Positions 10,241-17,452 of a stretch of 17,452 bases of DNA are shown one piece after another. The first letter of the stretch is position 1. Each line of letters begins with the position of its first letter. Source of the DNA: Piromyces finnis finn (Eukaryota > Fungi > Neocallimastigomycota); assembly GCA_002104945.1 (NCBI GenBank), contig MCFH01000204.1, positions 1-17,452 of the forward strand. The letters run 5' to 3'. The position numbers and the translations under genes are program-made. Under the pieces are notes generated by a model. That model had not been told where the DNA came from, searched no databases, and saw only the letters and a program-made list of their open reading frames with translations.

Positions 10241-10960
10241 ACTCTGGGTACTTATAATTTAATAAAATTTTTAAGTTTCCTTATATTTGTTATTATCCCT
10301 TTTTACTGAATTGATATTTTTTGTGTATTTAAAATTTAAAAATTAATATTACTCTGGTTTAATAAAATGGTTCTAACATCCTATTCTGAAATTCTAGTAG
10401 TGACAATTTTTGGTATTAATTTGATTCCATTCTTCAAGTATAGACAGGGGAAAATCATTTATTTGTTGCTTCTATATACCAATACTCTAAATCATGGCTT
10501 ATACCTTTTAGCGTCAGATCATTCTAGTTGTTCTTTGATAGCAATAACTAGTTCTCCATTTTATTTTTAATCAGATGAATAATAAAGGAAACATTTTTTT
10601 TTTTTTTCAATTTTAGTAGTTTACTTAATTCATTTCTAATTCTTCATATAATTATATAACTCAATCTATTTTAATTCAATGAAGATATTTCTATTTTCTA
10701 TACTCATACATATTTTGTGAATGATATCAATAAAATCAAGACATTTCTTAACCTTTATAATAAATTATCTAGTTTATCTCTTTTTAATTCCTTATAGATT
10801 TTCATTTTGATTTTCTAAGGATTAAGATTACTTTGATATACATTCTCAAGAGGAATCAGAAATATTATTTAAAGGAATTAGTGTTTTAAAAAATTCAATC
10901 AGAATATCTTGAGGATTTGATATTTATAATTTGGATTGTTGATTTGATTTTAGCTAAACT
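10241..10960 (-). pseudogene. Decayed, internally deleted family A LINE relic in antisense orientation (upper boundary approximate)
   Basis: Reverse complement matches copy 1/2 in order: 10661-10690 ~ 561-590; 10510-10572 ~ 686-745 (attaaaaataaaatggagaactagttattgcta); 10380-10430 ~ 1191-1240 (aaaattgtcactactagaat); 10241-10257 = 4016-4032 (ttataagtacccagagt). Confidence 0.8.
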
Positions 10961-11689
10961 TTTTTTATTTTTTAATAGTATCAAATAGACTAAAACCTTT
11001 ATCATTATTCTAATTAAAATTAGAATACATATGTATTTAAAAAATAAATTTAATCCTACACAAAAAATAAATAAAACATCGGTATAATATATTCTAGCAA
11101 TTTTAATTAAAATAAAAAGGCTACTATTACACTTGGAGTATAATAATCGTATTTTCCTTCTATTATAAATTTAAAATAGTTGGATATTTAAAAAAAAAAA
11201 AAAAGATTAAAAAATATAAGGAGAATCCAATAAAAATAACAATAGTTCAAACATTAATAATAAAACCAGTGTAATAAGAATAAAAATTAGTATACATTAA
11301 ATTGATAATATTAAAAAAAAAAAAAAAAAGGAAAGAGTTTATAATAAAATTAGTGAATTAAGATTTTAAAAATATAGATAAATATTAAACTTTTTAAAAT
11401 TAATTTCATTGAAATTGAGATAGACAGCTATATTCTTTATAGTAAATTTAAAATATATATAAGAAAATAAACTTTTTTTACACAATCACTCTTATATTTA
11501 ATAATAAAAATATATTATTTATATTTATTTTTTTTTAATTAAATTAACACTTTTATATTATGTATATATACAATAAAATTTTTATAGGCTGAAATAATAA
11601 TATTGCTAAAATAATAATAATAAAAAAATCTATTGCAATGTCGTTTAAAGCCTTTTAAGATTAGTAATAATTTTTCTATATTAAATGAT

Positions 11690-13667
11690 TTAACTTTTCC
11701 AGATTTTGTTACATTCTGAAATGTAATCTTCACATTTCTTGTAATTACCATCTTGAACAGTATTCCAACAATTACCAGCATCTTTATAACACTTATCTGC
11801 CATTGATTGCTTACAACTCCAATCATTACTACCACAACTGAAGTAATCACCTCCAATAGTTGAACTTGAAGCTTCAAATGATGGGGCATCGAATGATGGA
11901 ACTGATGGTATATCAACTGGAGTATCAATTGGTGTATCAATTGGTGTATCGATTGGAGTATCAATTGGAGTATCAACTGGAGTATCAACTGGAGTATCAA
12001 CTGGAGTATCAACTGGAGTATCAACTGGAGTATCAACTGGAGTATCAACTGGAGTATCAACTGGAGTATCAACTGGAGCAGCAAAGTTTGGGAAACCACT
12101 ATTGTTATTACCACCACCGAATCCTGGGAAATTTGGGAAACCTCCATTTCCTCCATTGTTATTGCCAAAACCTGGGAAACCTCCATTTCCTCCATTGTTA
12201 TTACCAAAACCTGGGAAACCTCCATTTCCTCCATTGTTATTACCAAAACCTGGGAAACGCCATTTCCTCCATTGTTATTGCCAAAACCTGGGAACCACCA
12301 TTTCCTCCATTGTTATTACCAAATCCTGGGAAACCACCATTCCTCCATTGTTATTACCAAATCCTGGGAAACCACCATTGTTACCACCAAAGTCACTCCA
12401 TTGTTACCTGGGAAGCCACCATTACCGTTATTGTCATTATTTGGAATTGATGGAGTATTATCGACTTCTGGAACTGATGGAACATCATTATTTTCTGGAA
12501 TAGTTGGAGTTTCTGGAGCTTGTGGGTTCTGGATTAGATTGACCAGATGAGGTTGGCTTATTAGTTGGAGTAACTGGTCCAGTTGAGCCAATACCCTCAT
12601 TAAACCACTAACAACTTGAGGAGCTTTAACTTGATAAGTAGTACGATCAATAAGTCCGAAAGTTCACCAGAACCTTCAAAAAGACCATTATCCCAAACAA
12701 CACATGGAACACCAATTGCCTTGGCACCTCTAGTGTAGGCTTCAGCCCATTTAGCACGTTCAGCATCATTGTTACGACTCATAGCACCATTTCACCAATA
12801 ATTACAGCTATATTTTTTACTAGTGAATTTACTTTTAATTAAATTAAAGAGTTGATCTAAATCAGAAAGTGTTACTAAAGTAGAACGGCACCATCACATT
12901 ATTTAAGGCAAAAATTATATGGTGTATAAGCGTGAAGTGAAACGATTAAATTACTATCACCAGATGGGGAATTGATAAGCATTAATAGCACCATCCATAG
13001 TAGTAGCAGCATAAGTTGGAAGCATTAAATGACGTTTTGGGATTGTTTACCACCAGTAGCACGAATAGTTTTAACGAAAAGAGCATTCATTTTATTTAAC
13101 GAAGTCCCATCCTTCACTATCACCACCAGTCCATTCAACACGGGTTCCAACCTTTCTTGGTTCATTCATACCTTCAAAATTAAATGTTCATCATAATCAG
13201 CAAATTCAGCAGCAATTTGTTTCCAAATAGCAACTAAAATAGTTTGGTGCTTTTTTGAAGATTATTTGAGAAAGCATAGTTCCATTTTTCATGATGAATA
13301 TTTAAAATTACGTAAGCCCCTTTTTATAACCATATCTACAACTTCCGTGAACTCTCTTCATCCAAGTTGGATTAATTTTATAATCAGGACCTTCACCAAA
13401 GTGACCATCCCATGTTGTTGGAATACGGAAAGTATCAAAACCTTCTTTCATTAATGCAGTGAAAAGACCTTCTGTTGTCTTAACATTACCCCAACAGGTT
13501 TCAGAAGCTGTTGGATCAGCATTATTATCTAAATTATCACAACTAGCATCTAAAGTATTACCTAAACTCCAACCAATTTTCATATTTCTTGTTAATTCTA
13601 TTGATGACATTGCATGGGTACCAACGATAGATAACCCAGCTAATAATATAGCATTTAAAAATCTCAT
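11690..13667 (-). CDS. Secreted GH5 endo-beta-1,4-glucanase (GH5_4-like) + Gly/Asn/Phe repeats + PVDT linker + six-Cys C-terminal module; several 1-nt frameshifts
   Basis: Signal peptide MRFLNAILLAGLSIVGTHA; GWSLGNTLDA, FRIPTTW, ILNIHHE, EGMNEP (acid/base Glu at 13161-13163), SLHAYTPYNF, IIGE (nucleophile Glu at 12791-12793), VWDNG. Ends ...ECNKIWKS-TAA (stop 11690-11692). No introns are needed to join the frames. Confidence 0.93.
11910..12077 (-). repeat. 14 x 12-bp tandem repeat encoding a P(V/I)DT linker
   Basis: Unit ccagttgatact on the minus strand, 14 copies counted. Confidence 0.93.
12117..12440 (-). repeat. 39-bp tandem repeat encoding GGFPGFGNNNGGN (about six full copies plus partial ones)
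   Basis: Plus-strand unit ggaaacctccatttcctccattgttatt(a/g)ccaaa(a/t)cctg. Three units are one base short. Confidence 0.9.
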
Positions 13668-14052
13668 GTTTATTTATTAGTGTTTTAGATTATAACTATA
13701 TACAATATTATATTTTCTGTTATTTAAATTATTTATAATTATTTTAAAGTGTTGATATATAAGATATTTAAGTTTAATATTAATATTTTATTTTAAATAT
13801 TGAATTCACTTTTATATTCTATTTATATTAAATAATTAATAAATATATAATTTAAATAAATTTTTATACAACATATAAATAAGTATAAATAAAGAATTTC
13901 ACTTGTAAAAAAATATAAATAGAAGATTATTTTTTTATTTATATATTGAAATCTTTTTTATTAATTATTATAATGTATATTTTTTTAAGATTATAACAAT
14001 ATAATTTTTAATAATATAATATTAAATTAATTTTTTATTGTCTTTTTAAAAA

Positions 14053-14061
14053 TGATTGGCT
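14053..14061 (-). promoter_or_regulatory. Candidate CCAAT box (AGCCAATCA) upstream of the GH5 gene
   Basis: Matches the NF-Y/HAP consensus RRCCAAT(C/G)R on the GH5 sense strand, ~390 bp upstream of the ATG, in an otherwise GC-free region. Confidence 0.4.
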
Positions 14062-14340
14062 GATTTTAAAAATTAAAGTTTCTATTTTTAATAATTTTTT
14101 TTTGATTCTATATTAATTTTACCGCAATTCTTATATATAACCGCAACACCATTAATTTCCAAATAATAGCTATATTCTATTTTAATAACAAAAACTATAT
14201 TCATAATAAATTATAGATATATTAGCAATTAAAAATAAATTAAATGTTATATAAAATATCATATATTAATAAATATTAAGAAAGTACAAATTGCAAATCA
14301 ATGACACATCATGAATACAAAGTAACACTGATGAAACATA

Positions 14341-14399
<59 letters not shown>

Positions 14400-14410
14400 A
14401 ATAAATAAAT
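14341..14410 (+). repeat. (TAAA)n microsatellite, about 17 units
   Basis: Direct reading. Confidence 0.95.
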
Positions 14411-15212
14411 TATGTTATAAAAAACATAAAAAGTATAAATTTATATTAAACTAACTTTTATATTATTAAATTAAATTTTAATTTAATAATTAAACAATAT
14501 GATGTTCAAAACTAATATTCATAATTTTGTTAGCAATATAGAATTTATAATGCTAGATAAATAAATACTATGAAAAACATTTTGTAAATTTTTAAAAATA
14601 AATATTATTTCATCTTATATTAAAAAAAGTAATATTAGAATTTAATGAAATAAAAGAAGGATAATAGTGAAAATAATTATTATAAATAGTAAATCACATA
14701 AAAACAGGTTTATTAATATTTTATGTAGGTTTATAAAATTTTTTTTTTCTTTTTTACGAAAAAGCTTTACAAATTTATTAAATAATATATTGATTTTTAT
14801 AAAGTATAATTAGTTTAGAATTTTATAATTCTATCTTATTCTAACTACTAAAGAAAATTTCAAACATTAAAAAAAAAAAAAATTTATTTTTCACCTATAA
14901 ATGTAATATTTAATAGTTACATTAAAATAGATAATTATAGATATTTCTAATTAAATTATTAGTTTTTAAAGTAGTTAGAAAAGAAAAATGAAAATAACAT
15001 TAATAATACAAATAAAATTCATATAATTTTATTTAAAATGAAAAAAAAGAAAATAATAATGCTTTTATTAACAATTTTTATTTTATTATTATCTTTGTTG
15101 TTGTTATTTTATTATAAGTTATGATAAAATATTAATTGTAATTTTATTATTCTAAGTAACGCATTTTTATTTTAAAATCTTTTAAGATTTTAAAAGCATC
15201 CCCAATAATTAA

Positions 15213-16942
15213 TTATATACAGTGACAATTAATTATGTCTTTTTCTGATGATATATTATAATGTGAGATAGTTTTTAATATCATCATTAATTTCTGTAAT
15301 ATTACTAATATTATTAACTTTATTAGCATCAAGAATAGAAAAAATTTTTTCATTGAGAGATTTAAGTTTTTCATTTTTTAAGAAAATAGTTTCTTACATT
15401 CATTATTTGATTCTGTCGCTTGAATAGGAATACTTTCAATACTATTAATAGGTGTTATAAAATCTTTATTTAATATTCACCATCAATATTATTTCTCTAA
15501 CTAAATGTCAAATGTTGTGAAAGAACTTGGTATTTTAAATATGAGTCTTTGGATTAATACCCTTAAGAGTGAGTATAGTTGTATCTGGAGGTAATTTCTT
15601 TTAGACTACTTTTTTAGTACGTTGAGGACAAGATACGGATATTGTAATTAACATTGTTTCTAATGTTTGCTCTTTATCTTCTTTTTTTGTTAATATAATA
15701 TCATGATAGTTTTGCAATTCTTTGAATTTTGGGTGCTTCAATGCAAATTCTTCATCAGTCCAATTCAATTTTTGCTTCTCTTGATAAGCATAATTGATAT
15801 AATATCTTTCACAATCAAATCGATCGCTTTTGCTTATAGAACTTCCATTAAATTGTGTTAATTTACTTATTTGTCCTATAACAAATATTCTAAAATTAGA
15901 TGCTGGTTCCACTTTATCACCTATAGGATTTCTTGAAAGTCTTAACTTTTGTAGAGATGGGAATTTATCCAATTCTAGTATAGTTTCCCAATTATCAATT
16001 AAATTATTATTTAAATTTAATGTATCTAATTTTTTAAATGTTCCGGACTATACTGTATTGATTTGATTTTATTATAATCAATTTTTAATGTTTCTAAAGA
16101 TGGTAATTTACCTAAAGTATCTTCAATTACTTTCCAGGAATCAAATTTGTTGTATTCAAAATTTATTGATTGTAATGTTGAAAATTGATTTAATTGAAGG
16201 GAAGGGGATAAGCTACTTAAATTGTTAAAACCTAAAGAAATATTTTCTAGATTTATAAAATAAGGTTCTAGATTGCAAACAGTTTTCCATTCCTCTATTG
16301 ATTTATTTAATGATAGAGTCTTTATACTTTCAAATTTGGCATTTTTATTTCTAATTATATTATTTAAAGATGTAGGGTCAATTTTATTTTTATTTAAAAA
16401 TAATACATTTAAATGCTCAAGTTCATCTAAAATGTCAAAAACATCATCCCAGTGAGTAAATAGATTTTCTGATAAATTTAATTCTTCAATACTTGGACAA
16501 ATATTTTTTATCTTGCCTTTTGATTCGTTTTCAGCAAATGCTTTCTCAATATTTTGTAAATCTAAACCTACTTCAATTAATTCATTTAAATTACTTTGTT
16601 TTTTATCAATTTTTTCAAAACCAACAGTTTCAACTACTTTACCCCATACAATTGGTTCTGCATTTTTATCTTTTTCTTCTTTTATTATATACTTTTTATT
16701 AATGCTTCTTGAAAAGATTGCCCAACCATTAATAATGGTGAATCTTTCTTAACAAATGAACCTGAATTTTCTACAGTAGGAGTAAAATATTTTACACCTT
16801 TATATTCTCCATTATGTTTTCCTCTACTTGGATCATCCCATTGAATACCTAACCATATTACTTTGCTATTGGTAACAGGTCCCTCATATAAAACAATACC
16901 TAAATTATTATCATAATTAATTCTTTTTCCTATCAATGACAT
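15213..16942 (-). CDS. TBCE: Tubulin-specific chaperone / tubulin-folding cofactor E (CAP-Gly + LRRs + C-terminal ubiquitin-like domain); frameshifted, 3' end approximate
   Basis: CAP-Gly WLGIQWDDPSRGKHNG; VETVGFEKI; LRRs (LNLSENLFTHW, LNLNNNLIDNWETILELDKFPSLQKLRLSRNPI); ISKSDRFDCERYYI; UBL KKLPPDTTILTLKG ... EINDDIKTISHYNI, with stop at 15213-15215 after frame correction. Confidence 0.88.
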
Positions 16943-17452
16943 CTTTTATAATTAAATCGAATAAATTAATTTTTTGAATTACGAGGAAAATATTGCTTTA
17001 ACAAAAATATTAATTTATTTATTTTTTAAATTATCGTGCTTAATGTACTAATATTATTAACAATTAAATATTTATTATTTTATTATCTTTATTGGTATAT
17101 AAAATGAAATTTGATTTAAAATTCAAATTTCTATTATTTATTTATGCATACATATATATATAATAATGATTAAATATTAAAAAAAAAAAAAATCTATTGT
17201 TGTAATATTATTTTTAAAATTAATTAAATTTAAGGAATAAATAAATTATAAAAAATAAAAAAAATAAAAAAATTAATTAAAATATTAAATTAAATATATC
17301 CATTATTTATATGTGGTATGATAATAAAATATAATTATAAAAAAGAATTTTTTTTTTAAATAATTTATCCTTTAAAATATTAAATAAATAAATATCTTTA
17401 AAAAAATAATAATTTCCTTTATCATTAATAATAAATAAATAGTTTTTAAAAA

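Noticed and set aside
10037-11045. catatgtatt(t)aaaaaat at 10037 and 11028 as a possible TSD around the antisense relic
   Set aside because: Low-complexity, imperfect, and there is no poly(T) on the plus strand where a minus-strand tail should be.
11910-12440. Regular repeats as a CRISPR array or telomeric/satellite DNA
   Set aside because: There are no unique spacers, unit lengths are multiples of 3 in frame with the GH5 gene, and the context is eukaryotic.
11539-12550. ORFs with QLIL, YQLE and PPFPPLLLPKPGK repeats (proline-rich or extensin-like)
   Set aside because: These are alternative-frame and antisense translations of the GH5 linker repeats.
14300-14410. ctgatgaaac plus (TAAA)n as a hammerhead or the tail of another retroelement
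   Set aside because: No helices flank the motif, and no element body or TSD is recognisable. It is treated as a simple microsatellite.

Overview
Very AT-rich eukaryotic DNA. The composition and an intronless secreted GH5 cellulase point to an anaerobic gut fungus (Neocallimastigomycota); this is an inference. Bases 1 to ~11,000 are a stack of non-LTR (LINE-type, APE endonuclease + RT + C-terminal CCHC) retrotransposons. (i) Family A copy 1 runs 1-3550 and ends in poly(A). (ii) Family A copy 2 is a 3' part only (3551-4300 + 9653-~10011). (iii) That copy is split by a 5.35-kb family B element (4301-9652) with a poly(A) tail and a perfect 15-bp target-site duplication. (iv) A decayed, internally deleted family A relic lies on the minus strand (~10241-10960). 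Two host genes follow on the minus strand. The first is a secreted GH5 endoglucanase (11690-13667) with a Gly/Asn/Phe 13-mer repeat, a (PVDT)14 linker and an unrecognised six-Cys C-terminal module instead of a dockerin or CBM1. The second is tubulin-folding cofactor E (TBCE, ~15213-16942). All long ORFs, including the housekeeping gene TBCE, are broken mainly by 1-nt indels, which suggests uncorrected sequencing or assembly errors rather than true pseudogenisation. I could not run any search, so novelty claims are hypotheses.
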